Virus record (IMG/VR): IMGVR_UViG_3300035137_000015
Coordinates: 1-53,031 of that record
Direction: 5' to 3' (one strand)
DNA: 53,031 bases
DNA from: a virus
Taxonomy: Duplodnaviria > Caudoviricetes
A program made the translations under genes and the position numbers. Positions 25,145-35,531 of the stretch are shown in pieces; positions within the stretch are counted from its first letter, which is position 1; each line of letters starts with the position of its first letter. The notes under the pieces are model-generated. The model was not told where the DNA came from. It searched no databases and saw only the letters and a list, made by a program, of their open reading frames with translations.

Positions 25145-26568
25145 ATTGATCCTCCCGGGTTTACAAAGCGATAGACGAGACCGTCATAGGTGACCAACCA
25201 GATGTCGATTCCGTCGAAGAGCACGTTTCCTGAAACGTGATCCACGGCTCCAAAGGCCGTCACGGAGTTTGTTCTAGCCACGGACTCTCCTATGAACGCA
25301 GGCGACGGAGATGATCCACAGTCAGAAGACATCTCCGCTATTCGCCTCTTGTGAATCAGCCAGTAATCCTCTCCAGATGGCTGCGAATTTTCGAGAAACG
25401 CCATGTGGAAGTGAGTGTGATCCGAGCCAATCATGACGCCGTATTGAGTCTGGTTTTCCATTACCGTCAGGGTCGACGAGTTGTAGGTCCTCGCTGTGGC
25501 CTCCCCGGTCCTGTGGATAAAAACCTCGCCTTGATTGCTCGTTGCAACAATCAGATCTCTACCGTGAACCAAACCTGTCGGGTGCTCTTCGTAGTCAGAG
25601 CTGTTTGAAGATTTTATCGAATCATCGTACTGGGTTGACACATCGGATATCTCAGCCCATAGCAGGCTGAAAACTCGGGGGACAGATCCGCCGTCATGCC
25701 CGAGTGTGTAGAGATAGGTCCCGTCAGATACAAGCTTGGCCAGCTTGTCTTCTGAGTAGAAGGCCGAAAAGCTCTGGATGCTACAGCTTGCGAGGGTCTT
25801 GGGAAGCACCCCAATATGTGGCCTCGCCGGAATACCCTGGACCAGGATTCCGATGTTGTCTGAATCAGCAACACATAGCCTGCACCCTTCTGACCCACTG
25901 TTTTGCTCTACGCCTGTGTCGCGCGTGGCAAGCTCGGTTCCTGTCCATGGATTTATTGCAAACCTGGAGACCTGAACGTCTCCGCCTGTCACGTCCCACG
26001 CTACGTAAAGATAGTTTCCGTCGCAACATATCGCATAGATTTTGTCAGGTGTTGTTCCCCACGAGAACGAAAGCGGTGAGCCAAGCACCGGCGCTTGAGA
26101 GTAGTCGATACACCCGGTAATCTTCGCGATGGACGTGGTGCCGTAGAGAATAAACAGAAAGTGCTTGCCAATCGACGCATCCCACCCAATGCAGGAATCC
26201 CGGATGGTCTCGCCTGTGTCCAGATAATTGAGTGCGGCGTTCGGATTTGCCCAGTCAGCATCTACGAGTCCAGAGCATATGTCGCCCGGTGTCGCGGCAG
26301 GGTGGCGTGTCGATTTTGCAAAAAGCACATCAAGGGCGTTCAAGTTTTGGTTTGTGAACGCGTCGTCGACGACCCCGTTTGCGACTATTCCGGCGCGTGC
26401 TCGAAGGCCCTGAGTGAGACCTTCAATATCATTGCCCCATGCTTTTTCCAAAGGCGTCCCGTCGTTCATTCCCGAAACGGTTTCGTTTTTGATGCTTCCG
26501 TCTGGGTAGGTGTTTGGGTCCTTTCCCGTGGCCCTTCCTGGGTATTTGTCGTAGATGCTGATAGACAT
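25141..26568 (-). CDS. Tail fibre / receptor-binding protein
   Basis: N-terminal 'YPDGSIKNET...DGTPLEKAWGND' fibre-anchoring motif, beta-propeller-like C-terminus. Confidence 0.7.
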   Translation of the reverse strand: MSISIYDKYPGRATGKDPNTYPDGSIKNETVSGMNDGTPLEKAWGNDIEGLTQGLRARAGIVANGVVDDAFTNQNLNALDVLFAKSTRHPAATPGDICSGLVDADWANPNAALNYLDTGETIRDSCIGWDASIGKHFLFILYGTTSIAKITGCIDYSQAPVLGSPLSFSWGTTPDKIYAICCDGNYLYVAWDVTGGDVQVSRFAINPWTGTELATRDTGVEQNSGSEGCRLCVADSDNIGILVQGIPARPHIGVLPKTLASCSIQSFSAFYSEDKLAKLVSDGTYLYTLGHDGGSVPRVFSLLWAEISDVSTQYDDSIKSSNSSDYEEHPTGLVHGRDLIVATSNQGEVFIHRTGEATARTYNSSTLTVMENQTQYGVMIGSDHTHFHMAFLENSQPSGEDYWLIHKRRIAEMSSDCGSSPSPAFIGESVARTNSVTAFGAVDHVSGNVLFDGIDIWLVTYDGLVYRFVNPGGSI

Positions 26569-26572
26569 GGTA

Positions 26573-27043
26573 CTATTCCTCTGTGTCGTCGACTACTGCG
26601 TCAATCGCCATAAGGGCGTCGGCGAACTGCGCCCCGATTGCCTGGAGCTGCTCTTTTCCGACACCGTTTTTTTCATCCATGGGTAAGGATTTCAGGTTGT
26701 CGCAGATCTTCGAAAGCTTCATTTTGTACGGCTCGAATTCGACCTCTTCTTTGAGCGCGTTTCGAAGGGCGTCATCGCCGCTTTCGATTTGATCCTTGGT
26801 GGGCTCCTCGATTTTTTCTGCTGCGCCGTCTTTGTTTTTTTTCGTACGTGGCGTCGGTCTTTCGTTTCTTATTTCCGTGGCCCAGCACATCGGCTCCTTG
26901 TCGATTTCCTCCCGAAACTGCTTAAGGGCGTCCACAATGCGGTCCAGGTTTTTTCCCGTTCCGTAGTTCGTTGGAAAGTCCCCGCGCCCTTTGGCCTCCC
27001 TGAGTGCGTACTCAGCATTCAATAACAATCCGATCGTTTTCAT
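26573..27043 (-). CDS. Hypothetical protein
   Basis: Coupled ORF in tail-distal region. Confidence 0.55.
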   Translation of the reverse strand: MKTIGLLLNAEYALREAKGRGDFPTNYGTGKNLDRIVDALKQFREEIDKEPMCWATEIRNERPTPRTKKNKDGAAEKIEEPTKDQIESGDDALRNALKEEVEFEPYKMKLSKICDNLKSLPMDEKNGVGKEQLQAIGAQFADALMAIDAVVDDTEE

Positions 27044-27471
27044 TTTCGTTTGCCTTTCATTTTTGTCAGTTCTTTGAGTGCCCGTTTTATCTCATCGATG
27101 TCGTCGGTTGTTACCTCGGTTGGAACGTCAAGCGATGTCTTTAGTTCATGCTGTGCTGTCACCACGCGGTCAACCGTGTCTGAGACCTCGACTATCTTGG
27201 AGCCGACGTTGTCGAGACCGTTTTCCATCCTGGTAACTCGCTCGGCAGCTGACCACGCCATCACCGCAATAGACACCAAAGCTCCAAGTAAGGTGATCGT
27301 GATTCCCATCCACCACCTGGTCCAGCGCTGGATACCCATTTTTAACTCCTCTATAGTGTGCTCCTGCCTGCATGCCGCAGCATCGGCCCTGGCCTCTTCT
27401 ACGCCCTTCTCGAGCGTCTCAAACTTGACCTTGGCCCAGTGATACTGGGCGTATTGCTGCGGTGGCGACAA
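27040..27471 (-). CDS. Single-TM coiled-coil protein
   Basis: Central TM helix flanked by coiled coils. Confidence 0.55.
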   Translation of the reverse strand: MSPPQQYAQYHWAKVKFETLEKGVEEARADAAACRQEHTIEELKMGIQRWTRWWMGITITLLGALVSIAVMAWSAAERVTRMENGLDNVGSKIVEVSDTVDRVVTAQHELKTSLDVPTEVTTDDIDEIKRALKELTKMKGKRK

Positions 27472-27472
27472 T

Positions 27473-27829
27473 TCACTTAGTCCACGAGATGTCTTTCGCA
27501 GACGCCTTTAGTGGATCCTTCTTGGCCATCTTGGCGCATTGTCGGGAAAGATCCAGACCAATCACATCTTTGACCGCGTTCAGAAAGTTCTCCCAAGCCG
27601 GAAGAACGACCTTTTCGAAGTCTTCTCCGCCGATCTCAACCCTGGTCGGGAAGATGGCACCTCCGACCGATTGACAATTGGAATCGTCGGCTGATTTTGA
27701 ATCGGCGTAGACGCCAAGCTCGAGGGAGAACCTCCCGGAGTCGGTGTTGACTTTCCCCGTCCTCGGTTTCACCGCAGCGGCCGGTAGACTGATGCCCATG
27801 TTCGTTTCAATTTTTCTTGTGAATTTCAT
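27473..27829 (-). CDS. Hypothetical protein
   Basis: Strong AGGAG RBS, 118 aa. Confidence 0.55.
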   Translation of the reverse strand: MKFTRKIETNMGISLPAAAVKPRTGKVNTDSGRFSLELGVYADSKSADDSNCQSVGGAIFPTRVEIGGEDFEKVVLPAWENFLNAVKDVIGLDLSRQCAKMAKKDPLKASAKDISWTK

Positions 27830-27840
27830 TTTTTCTCCTG

Positions 27841-28329
27841 TTAAATTGGACTACACAAACTCTGTAGACCGTTTTTACTGTTTCCCCAAAGTGACATTCT
27901 GGTGCTCTTGGTTCCAACGCTAAACCCTGACCCTGCGGGATTTGGTGCCGTGAATGATGAATATGTCGCGGATTTGTATCTTAGATTTCCGAGATCGGCG
28001 CTCACTGAAATAATGTCTGAAGACTCAGGATTGTAACCGAGCCAGATATACTGACCAACCTCAACCCTGTAAAAAACGTCTACAGGCACGTAGACCACAG
28101 ATGAGCCGATATATACACCGGAGTCATCTGACCAAATTAAAGCTCCAGGCTCTACGCCTGATTGCTCATAGATGCTGAGTTTTAAATTCCCGCTACCCGT
28201 GCCCTTGTCTATTCGTAATGATCTGATTACTCCGCTTTTTGTGCACAAATATTGATTCAGAACAAACAGATCAGTTTGACTTCTAGAGTCATCATATGTT
28301 CCGGTGTCCCCAAGCAGCTTAACTCCCAT
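27841..28329 (-). CDS. Putative tail-fibre-associated beta-sandwich protein
   Basis: Beta-rich, immediately after large fibre gene. Confidence 0.5.
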   Translation of the reverse strand: MGVKLLGDTGTYDDSRSQTDLFVLNQYLCTKSGVIRSLRIDKGTGSGNLKLSIYEQSGVEPGALIWSDDSGVYIGSSVVYVPVDVFYRVEVGQYIWLGYNPESSDIISVSADLGNLRYKSATYSSFTAPNPAGSGFSVGTKSTRMSLWGNSKNGLQSLCSPI

Positions 28330-28332
28330 CTG

Positions 28333-30780
28333 TTACACTCCACCTATATGAGACCCGTAATACTTGTCAGTATTCGCGTCGTAGACGAATGAGAAAATCC
28401 CGACCTCACTGTGACCTATTTCCACAGCCCCTGGGTCCCCGTTTGGCCAATAAACATTTGCGGGCCATCCATCGATTGTGATTGTTCCGCCTGGGTTATT
28501 GGCTTCTATAATTAGATGGCATCCAACCGCGACTCCGTTCGGATCGGCGAATGATACAGATGTGATGTTACCGGTTGCCGTGCATTTCTGGAGCGGCTTT
28601 CCGGTTGCCCATTGTACCGAAAGAGATGAACTGTAAGAGTATAATGTGGGAGTGCCTCCGAAGCTAAAGTTTAGGCAATCCCTCACTGAGATAGCGTTTA
28701 GATCTATTTCACTTGCCCCTGAAAAACCTATTGAATCATCGCATGTAAAAAGTATTCTGGAATAGCTTCCATAGGCATAGACCTGGATATTTGCGTAATG
28801 CGACCCGTCGTTGTTTTTTGCGTACAGTTCGGATTTTAAATGAGTCAATCCAAGTGCAGACACACCACAATTGGCGGATGCACCGGTGTTTTTGCGAAAT
28901 ACCCAAAGCTCACCATCCTCATTGGCGATGCTGTGAATGTTGTCTGGAGACGTTCCTCCGTTTATCAGAATATCCCTTGGTCCATCCCACTGCTGGCCGT
29001 ACAGGGCGCAACCCGTGTTGTATATATTTATTACCCCAGGCCTGTTTGATGTATCCGTCTGACTCAAGTACAGGCAGACGGATCCGTCCCCTGCGGATGG
29101 AATATAGATCGCACCTTTGCCGGTAGAGATGTTGAAGTTCGTTCCATTGTGCTTGATCAGGCCGTATTTATCGGGGTCCGTTGCGTCGGAAGCGTGAAAA
29201 ATAAGAGCGGGGTTGTCCTGCATCGGGTACCCAAAATCTGTCGCAACGTCAGCCTGCTCGCAGATAATGATCGTCCTGGATGAAGAGGGGGTTGATATCA
29301 TGAGGGCGTCGAATGTCTGCGCCGTACTGTATCTCATGCTCGCGTCAAACCCTTCGCCGAAGTACACCGGGACCGCATCCTGAACCATGAATCCGGCCTG
29401 ACACTCTATGTATCCGTGGACATAGAGATCGTCATCTGAATTGCAGAGTACGGGTGCACCGTCCCCGAGATGGATTCCGCACGCCGCAGCGCCGGAGGTC
29501 CGGTTGATATTCAGAAAGTCGTTGACGCTGTCCCACTTGAACGTTGACTCGCTATCGACTCCGGACCCGGTTCCATAAACGATCTGGCCCGCCGGTTCGG
29601 AAACCCCGCCGGAAGCTCCGTAGAGTTGGTGAAGGGCGTTGATGATGGACACCTGCCCGAACTCACTTTCAAACGTAGCCCACTGTGCGCTCCCGTCTCC
29701 AAGTAGAATGTAGGGCGTCGTCCAATTCGTTATGATGTAGTTTCCGGTGAATCTGATATCCCCATCGGCCGTTGGGTAAAGAACGATTGATGCTTTGTTG
29801 TTCCCCGATTCGAGCCTGACAACTTCGGAGGCGTCCAACAAAATGTCTCCGTTGGAAACGAGATTGATTTCTCCGTTGTTCGCCCCCTGCGCTGTAGCAG
29901 TGAGGTTGATTACCGCATCACCGCCGGCGGCTGAGTAAACCGGAGCGGCCTCGATGTCTACCTGACAATTCGTATCGGTATCGGTAGCTGTAACTCCGAA
30001 GGTTGCCCCGGTGTAGTAAAAATTGGCCCCGTCAGTGTTGAGCTTCTTCGTTGCGTCGAACCACGGCACCCCGTTATCGTCGTAGCTGTAGCCGTAGAGC
30101 CAAACTCCGATATGGGCGGTTCCAACCGTCTCGAAGTCAAAGCAAAAAACATCATCATCCGAAAACACGTGAGACGGAGATGATGCCCCCATGTGAAGAC
30201 CGCATGCTGGAGCGGCACCGCCACGGTTGATTCCGAGAAAATCATTCGTGTCGTCCCACCAAAGGCTGTTTGGGTCCTCATCGAGGTCCCCTGTGGCGCT
30301 TCCAAACTGAATAGCGCCAGGCGTTAGCCCTGACACCCCCCCGGATGAAATGGCGTCCAGAGCGTCGTCTATGCCCTTCAGATGGGACGCCAGGTGATCG
30401 ACATGGGAAGAGGTGGGGGCAACCGCTGGGGTGTAGTAGCTCGGCGCGTAGTCGATGTCCAGTAAGTCTCCGTCGATTTCGTCCGCTCCGCCTCGGATGT
30501 GTCTTGCCGCGTGGTCTGATACGTCAACCCCATCGACGAGGCTTACGTCTGTGATGTTCTGCGAGTGCATGTTGAGATCGCCGGAGGTAATGTCAAGCGT
30601 CGTCACGCGGGCCGGCTTGTTCTTCGCGAGGAACTTCGTGACATTTCCGTCTCCGTCTTTGCCACCCCACATCTTGAAGCCGAGGTCTGAATCTGCGATG
30701 TCCTCGACGGCGAGCTGCGTATTGAGAATCGAGCTTATATCGTCTTCGATGTGGAATATTCTTTTTTCTTCGAGGGCCAT
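28333..30780 (-). CDS. Tail fibre protein
   Basis: 815 aa G/S/T/D-rich with internal duplicated 'WD..NDFL.INR..GAA.ACG.H.G' module; follows baseplate genes. Confidence 0.7.
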   Translation of the reverse strand: MALEEKRIFHIEDDISSILNTQLAVEDIADSDLGFKMWGGKDGDGNVTKFLAKNKPARVTTLDITSGDLNMHSQNITDVSLVDGVDVSDHAARHIRGGADEIDGDLLDIDYAPSYYTPAVAPTSSHVDHLASHLKGIDDALDAISSGGVSGLTPGAIQFGSATGDLDEDPNSLWWDDTNDFLGINRGGAAPACGLHMGASSPSHVFSDDDVFCFDFETVGTAHIGVWLYGYSYDDNGVPWFDATKKLNTDGANFYYTGATFGVTATDTDTNCQVDIEAAPVYSAAGGDAVINLTATAQGANNGEINLVSNGDILLDASEVVRLESGNNKASIVLYPTADGDIRFTGNYIITNWTTPYILLGDGSAQWATFESEFGQVSIINALHQLYGASGGVSEPAGQIVYGTGSGVDSESTFKWDSVNDFLNINRTSGAAACGIHLGDGAPVLCNSDDDLYVHGYIECQAGFMVQDAVPVYFGEGFDASMRYSTAQTFDALMISTPSSSRTIIICEQADVATDFGYPMQDNPALIFHASDATDPDKYGLIKHNGTNFNISTGKGAIYIPSAGDGSVCLYLSQTDTSNRPGVINIYNTGCALYGQQWDGPRDILINGGTSPDNIHSIANEDGELWVFRKNTGASANCGVSALGLTHLKSELYAKNNDGSHYANIQVYAYGSYSRILFTCDDSIGFSGASEIDLNAISVRDCLNFSFGGTPTLYSYSSSLSVQWATGKPLQKCTATGNITSVSFADPNGVAVGCHLIIEANNPGGTITIDGWPANVYWPNGDPGAVEIGHSEVGIFSFVYDANTDKYYGSHIGGV

Positions 30781-30795
30781 GTCAAACCACCTTTT

Positions 30796-31608
30796 TCAAA
30801 ATTTGTCCTGTAGGTCGTCCGGGAACGACGTTCCGTCCTGCAACCACGTATCGGACGTGTAGGTGTCCTGGATGTCAAATTCGGTATCAGGCTCAGGGTC
30901 TATGTACAGAATGACCCTTGTGTGAACCGGCTTGACCTTGTAGATCATTCGAATCAGAGTCCTCACTCGAGACTCCGGAACAATTGCCCTATCCGGATAT
31001 GGCTCACCCGGCAACCATTCCTCCCCGCAGACGTACCAATAGACCGGATACTCGCTTGGTATGTCTGGGCACGGGTATTGCTTCCCGATGAGCAGCTGCC
31101 CATCGTAGGCGCCAAACGAAACGCTCTCGTCCCCGACGAATTGCGCATCGTTTCCAGACGACTGGAACTGATACAGGTAGTCTCTTTCGCCATGATACAG
31201 GTCATTGACCAGCACGTAAGAGATCGGAACCAATGGAATGGGATTCCGGGCTTCAACCGGATTGCTCCCGGGAACCCACCACTCGTGGACATAAACGTCG
31301 AACCCGGCGGACCTCAGATAGTTCTGGATGTAGTGGGGAGACTGCCCGCCAAAGGCCCCCCATTCGGCGTCAAGCTCTACGTCTGTCATGGTGACCGGTG
31401 AACCGAATTGCTTCGACCAGTCAACGAGCCTCGACGTGCTCAGCGGAAACGCCTCCAGCAGCAACGATTGAAAATGCTCGTGGATTGTCTTTGGAAGGAT
31501 CGCGAGGCCGTGAAAAAACTTTCTCAGCGTGCGGTCGATGACGAGGCCCCACGCGCGACTGCGCGGAAGCAGTTTGTCAAAAACTTTTACCCAGCGATCC
31601 AGATCCAT
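30796..31608 (-). CDS. Baseplate wedge protein (Mu gp48-like)
   Basis: 'LLPRSRAW', 'GGQSPHYI', 'KVKPVHT' motifs. Confidence 0.8.
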   Translation of the reverse strand: MDLDRWVKVFDKLLPRSRAWGLVIDRTLRKFFHGLAILPKTIHEHFQSLLLEAFPLSTSRLVDWSKQFGSPVTMTDVELDAEWGAFGGQSPHYIQNYLRSAGFDVYVHEWWVPGSNPVEARNPIPLVPISYVLVNDLYHGERDYLYQFQSSGNDAQFVGDESVSFGAYDGQLLIGKQYPCPDIPSEYPVYWYVCGEEWLPGEPYPDRAIVPESRVRTLIRMIYKVKPVHTRVILYIDPEPDTEFDIQDTYTSDTWLQDGTSFPDDLQDKF

Positions 31609-32064
31609 TTATTCCTCGACGCACCGCTCTGGGTGGTTGTTGCACCATCCGACGCGCTTTCCAGGGTACTCACCGCCTGTTGCCGTGATGAGAGCCCTCA
31701 TCGCGGTATACGTCCCATTGGTTGCCCAGTACGGGCCGTAGTAGGTGGTCAAAAAATAAGTTACCCCAGTGGGAGGGCTTTGCGCTTCGGCTTCGGCGTA
31801 ATTCGAAAAGTCGTCGGTAAGCTTTTTGATAATCCCTCGGTTGACCTCATCCATTCGCACGCACTCAGGGATGCTGAAACACCCGGTGGTGAGCGGCTCC
31901 GAAAGCTCTCCGACGACAACGCCGTTGATGATCACGTCCTCTTTTTCAACGGTGACAATCTTGCCGTCCTGCATGGCGTCGACGATAAAGTTCTCATCGA
32001 CCTTCTTGGTCTCAGGCTCGCACGCGCAAAGCGAGACAACGATTACTAAAGCGATCCATTTCAT
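31609..32064 (-). CDS. Lipoprotein inserted in baseplate module
   Basis: MKWIALVIVVSLCA-C lipobox. Confidence 0.6.
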   Translation of the reverse strand: MKWIALVIVVSLCACEPETKKVDENFIVDAMQDGKIVTVEKEDVIINGVVVGELSEPLTTGCFSIPECVRMDEVNRGIIKKLTDDFSNYAEAEAQSPPTGVTYFLTTYYGPYWATNGTYTAMRALITATGGEYPGKRVGWCNNHPERCVEE

Positions 32065-32076
32065 TTCTTCTTCTCC

Positions 32077-32949
32077 CTATTCATTTACTGTCACCGACCA
32101 TCCATTACCCAACAGGGCAATCAACGCGGCGTCACTTGCCGATGTTCTGGAAGCGTTGTTTCCGTCAATCTTCAGGGTGCCCCCCGTGCCTCCTGCGTCA
32201 TTTAGTTTATTCAGGCAGTTGTCGACCTCTGTTGATGTCCAGTTGCAATTATGAGCCTGGAGAGTGATATTGCCCCATTCCGCCAAAGCGTCCGTCGTGC
32301 ACCCGATATCAGTATTATAGACCCAGAGGTGTGTTAGATTCGTGAGTGCCGACAAATCAGACAGATCCCCTGTGACAGGATCATCTCGAAGAGCCATCTG
32401 TATGGTCGCGGTCAACTCCGACAATGATGACAGGTCGCCAACGACTTCAGAATCCTGCAAAAAGATATACTGCAGAGATGTAAGCCCGGCGATGGATGAG
32501 AGGTTGCCACCGATCTTGGTCCCCTGAATTTCGACATATGTAAGACCAGGAAAGCTACGAAGGCTTTCAATGTCGCCCACAAGGTTTGAATCGTTCACCG
32601 TCTTCAGGTAGTCGAGGTTTTTTAGAGCGTTGAGGTTGTACGCCGTTAGCCCTTGGCTGTTGCTCGAAAACCTTGTAACCGCATCGATGTTTCCAGAGAT
32701 GACGATCCTCTTTGTTCCAGACACGCCGGTGTAATCGTGGTTCCAGGTCGCATCTGTTCCAGGGCCGAGAAGCGTTACTTCGTCGACAGCCGACCCGTCA
32801 CCTGCGGCTACCGTTATCACCTCGCCGTTCGTTCCTCGAAAAACCAATGCTGTCGCAGACTCTTTGACCGTTTCGACCCACGCTGACACATTGGCCGCAA
32901 CTGATGCGATTGATCGCTGCTTCAATACATGGTGCGGAAGCAGAATCAT
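32077..32949 (-). CDS. Leucine-rich-repeat protein
   Basis: Repeats 'GDIESLRSFPGLTYVEI', 'GNLSSIAGLTSLQYIFL', 'GDLSSLSELT', 'GDLSDLSALTNLTHLWV'. Confidence 0.75.
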   Translation of the reverse strand: MILLPHHVLKQRSIASVAANVSAWVETVKESATALVFRGTNGEVITVAAGDGSAVDEVTLLGPGTDATWNHDYTGVSGTKRIVISGNIDAVTRFSSNSQGLTAYNLNALKNLDYLKTVNDSNLVGDIESLRSFPGLTYVEIQGTKIGGNLSSIAGLTSLQYIFLQDSEVVGDLSSLSELTATIQMALRDDPVTGDLSDLSALTNLTHLWVYNTDIGCTTDALAEWGNITLQAHNCNWTSTEVDNCLNKLNDAGGTGGTLKIDGNNASRTSASDAALIALLGNGWSVTVNE

Positions 32950-33269
32950 GACGGGCTGTACCTCGTCAGCTTTGTGATTTGAAGCGTTCCAGCCGATGCC
33001 GAAGATCCCTTTATCGCCGCAACCTTCAGCGCCGCCGAAGGCGTGAAGTAGTAAGGCATGTTCGCAACGAGCCTCACGTTGGCGGTTGTCGCTGTCGGGG
33101 TCTCTCCGAAAACGATGTGGCAATCCTGGTCAGACTGAAACATGTATACCAATCCGGCCTCAAGCGCGGAAGCCGTCGCTACACTGCCGTCAAACGAAAT
33201 TTCAACCGGCGTTCCCGGCTCGCCGATGAGCGGCTCTCCTGCCTCGAAGTAGGGGCTTTCTCTTTTCAT
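32946..33269 (-). CDS. Hypothetical beta-rich virion-type protein
   Basis: ATG after GGAG, ATGA overlap with LRR gene. Confidence 0.55.
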   Translation of the reverse strand: MKRESPYFEAGEPLIGEPGTPVEISFDGSVATASALEAGLVYMFQSDQDCHIVFGETPTATTANVRLVANMPYYFTPSAALKVAAIKGSSASAGTLQITKLTRYSPS

Positions 33270-33280
33270 TTCTTCTTCTC

Positions 33281-34510
33281 CTATTGGACCCACGAGAGTT
33301 GTCCCAGCTTGGCCTTCTCGCCCTCCTGGAGCTGGTAATAACCCTGAGTCAATCCGGATACCTCCACGCCTTTTATGTAGCCCCCGTATGCAGCCGCGAT
33401 CCTTGCCGCGACTCCGGCGACTATTCCATCGCTTATAATGTCTTCCTTCGGCATGAGTGACACGCCGGTGATAAATGGCTCGAAGTCAAGAAACAGCTGA
33501 GTGAGTGCATCCTGGATCGCTGTTTTCGCGGCGTCCTCATCCTCTGAGACGAGCCCTATGACGTCCACGTCAAACGCTGTTCTCGAGATGGGGAAAACCT
33601 TCACGTATGCGTTGATATTTCTGCGATTGGGCCAGACGGTTGTCCCGTCGCCTTCGAGGTGTTCCCAGACGTCTTGACAGACCCCAGAAGATTCGGGATC
33701 TGATGGCCTCCCACTTCCATCGGGATTTATCGCCGGTGGAATGCCGTCATTGTCAGAAGCACTCTCGACAAACACAAACACCTGGCCCGCGTGGCTATCC
33801 GGTATCGTGATGTCGTACCATCCAGAATATGGATAGGCGTTTCTGACCCCGACCACCTCCTCAGCCCAGTCCTTGTAATCGGCATACGCTCCACCTTGGG
33901 GACGAGCGGCGTATCTTTCGAGGATGCGCTCCCTGAAGACTTCAGTGTCTTCCGTGTCTACACCGCTGGCCGATGTAGTGGTGACGGTTGCGACCTTCTC
34001 AACGCTCGACGGTGGGTTCATGAAATGGATCTCTTCGAACTCATCCATGTTGCCGAGCTCTCCGACGTCCACCGCTCGGATCGTCGCCGTCTTCGTCGCC
34101 GCATCGAGGGGTACGTCTCCAATCAAGACGTAGATCATTTTCGTGACCGGGTTGATAAAACGTGTCCCGCTCGTCAAGCTTCCGGTCTGATTGAGAACGG
34201 TGATGGTAATGTTCAATTCTGCCCGCTGGCCAGGCTTTTGGAAGATTTCAACCAGCTCACCCCATAACTTCAGCGGTGTGAGCGTAACCCCGCCGATGGT
34301 CACCTCCACATTGCTCGCGGTCTTGACGAACATTTGGAGCATGATCCAGCTGGCGTACTGGTAGAGCAGCACAAACACGCCGCCGAGAACCTTCGCGAGA
34401 ACCCTGACAAACGACTTCGGAAGTATCGGGATGGAGCGATTCAGGCTCGTCTCGAGCTGGATGATTATCATCTCCGAGATCTGGGCTGATGTTTTTCTTG
34501 TCATGCTCAT
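33281..34510 (-). CDS. Baseplate J-like protein (Mu gp47)
   Basis: 'GELGN', 'GVDTEDTEVFRERIL...PQGGAYADYKDWAEEV.GV..AY'. Confidence 0.9.
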   Translation of the reverse strand: MSMTRKTSAQISEMIIIQLETSLNRSIPILPKSFVRVLAKVLGGVFVLLYQYASWIMLQMFVKTASNVEVTIGGVTLTPLKLWGELVEIFQKPGQRAELNITITVLNQTGSLTSGTRFINPVTKMIYVLIGDVPLDAATKTATIRAVDVGELGNMDEFEEIHFMNPPSSVEKVATVTTTSASGVDTEDTEVFRERILERYAARPQGGAYADYKDWAEEVVGVRNAYPYSGWYDITIPDSHAGQVFVFVESASDNDGIPPAINPDGSGRPSDPESSGVCQDVWEHLEGDGTTVWPNRRNINAYVKVFPISRTAFDVDVIGLVSEDEDAAKTAIQDALTQLFLDFEPFITGVSLMPKEDIISDGIVAGVAARIAAAYGGYIKGVEVSGLTQGYYQLQEGEKAKLGQLSWVQ

Positions 34511-35007
34511 GCTTCACCAACTGGCAATGTCATCTCCACGGGGACAATTTCCCCTCCGAAAATAGTGATCGCAACACTGATGCTCACGGTTTTGTTTCTC
34601 GGCATCGATACCGACACGGAAACCGCGACGGCGTATCCACCGTCAATCAAAAGAGTCTCGAGCTGCGATTGCGCCACTCCTTGAAGCTCTGACAGTGTTT
34701 TACTCGTAAGCGGCGATCCCTTTATGATCGATTGAAACTTGCTTCGGTACTGTCTGTTTTGTGGCTCACCCTCGTTGCCCCACCACTGCAGCGTTGAGGC
34801 GGCCTCGCTTCCGTCGTCTCCGTCGTTTCCTCCGACCAGCTCGAGATAAACCATTGTCTCAAAAAGCTCTGTCATCTCCACAAGCGAAGACGTCGCCCCT
34901 GTAGACGGATTGTATCCACCGACCAAGCTGATGTCCCCTCCGTCGCCTACGTCGAACATGAGGACGTCTCCGGCCTGTGTCGCGTTGTTGCCGTAGTCAG
35001 TGCTCAT
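34507..35007 (-). CDS. Baseplate protein (Mu gp46-like)
   Basis: 'GDV...DGGDI', 'WWGN', 'RSK' motifs; synteny. Confidence 0.7.
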   Translation of the reverse strand: MSTDYGNNATQAGDVLMFDVGDGGDISLVGGYNPSTGATSSLVEMTELFETMVYLELVGGNDGDDGSEAASTLQWWGNEGEPQNRQYRSKFQSIIKGSPLTSKTLSELQGVAQSQLETLLIDGGYAVAVSVSVSMPRNKTVSISVAITIFGGEIVPVEMTLPVGEA

Positions 35008-35531
35008 TGGTCCGCCTTTAGATTTGTGGATGCGATAGAGCCAATTGCTGGCCATGAAGCATCAAGAGCCGCAATAATATTTTCCTTGAACGCGGCACCA
35101 CCGTCTGCCGATCCAACCGCTGCTACGCTTATCGCGGTTTTGATTGCCTCTATTTTTGCGTCCGTTTTCGTCGCCATCGCCACGAAGTCGATCCCGTTCC
35201 CAATGTTCGCGGTCATTCCTTGTCCCGGCTTGATCTCTATGGTTCCGTCCGCCTTGAGATGAACGATAGCGGTAATGACCCCCGGAGCGCTTCGCGAGAA
35301 TATGACCGCCTCACCTGGCCCTGCCTGGTTGTCCTCTGAGAACACCGCAGAGATGCAGATCTCCTGCCCGGACCGATGGAACAAAACCGAGTCGCCTGGC
35401 AGCGGCTGGAAATCGAGCGATCCCATCGGCATCACTGTTGCCGTCACCGCAGGGCCTGCGCCGGTCTCTATCGTCGCCACAACCTGCCCGTCTCCGACGG
35501 TGACACTCTTGATGTGACCGATCATTGCCAT
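35004..35531 (-). CDS. Baseplate spike (Mu gp45-like)
   Basis: OB-fold-like N-terminus 'PLPGD', 'GPGEAVIFS', 'HLKADGTIEI'. Confidence 0.75.
   Translation of the reverse strand: MAMIGHIKSVTVGDGQVVATIETGAGPAVTATVMPMGSLDFQPLPGDSVLFHRSGQEICISAVFSEDNQAGPGEAVIFSRSAPGVITAIVHLKADGTIEIKPGQGMTANIGNGIDFVAMATKTDAKIEAIKTAISVAAVGSADGGAAFKENIIAALDASWPAIGSIASTNLKADQ

Noticed and set aside
28333-30780. Diversity-generating retroelement or invertible tail-fibre cassette
   Set aside because: No reverse transcriptase, invertase or adenine-specific repeat pair seen; the internal similarity is an old domain duplication.
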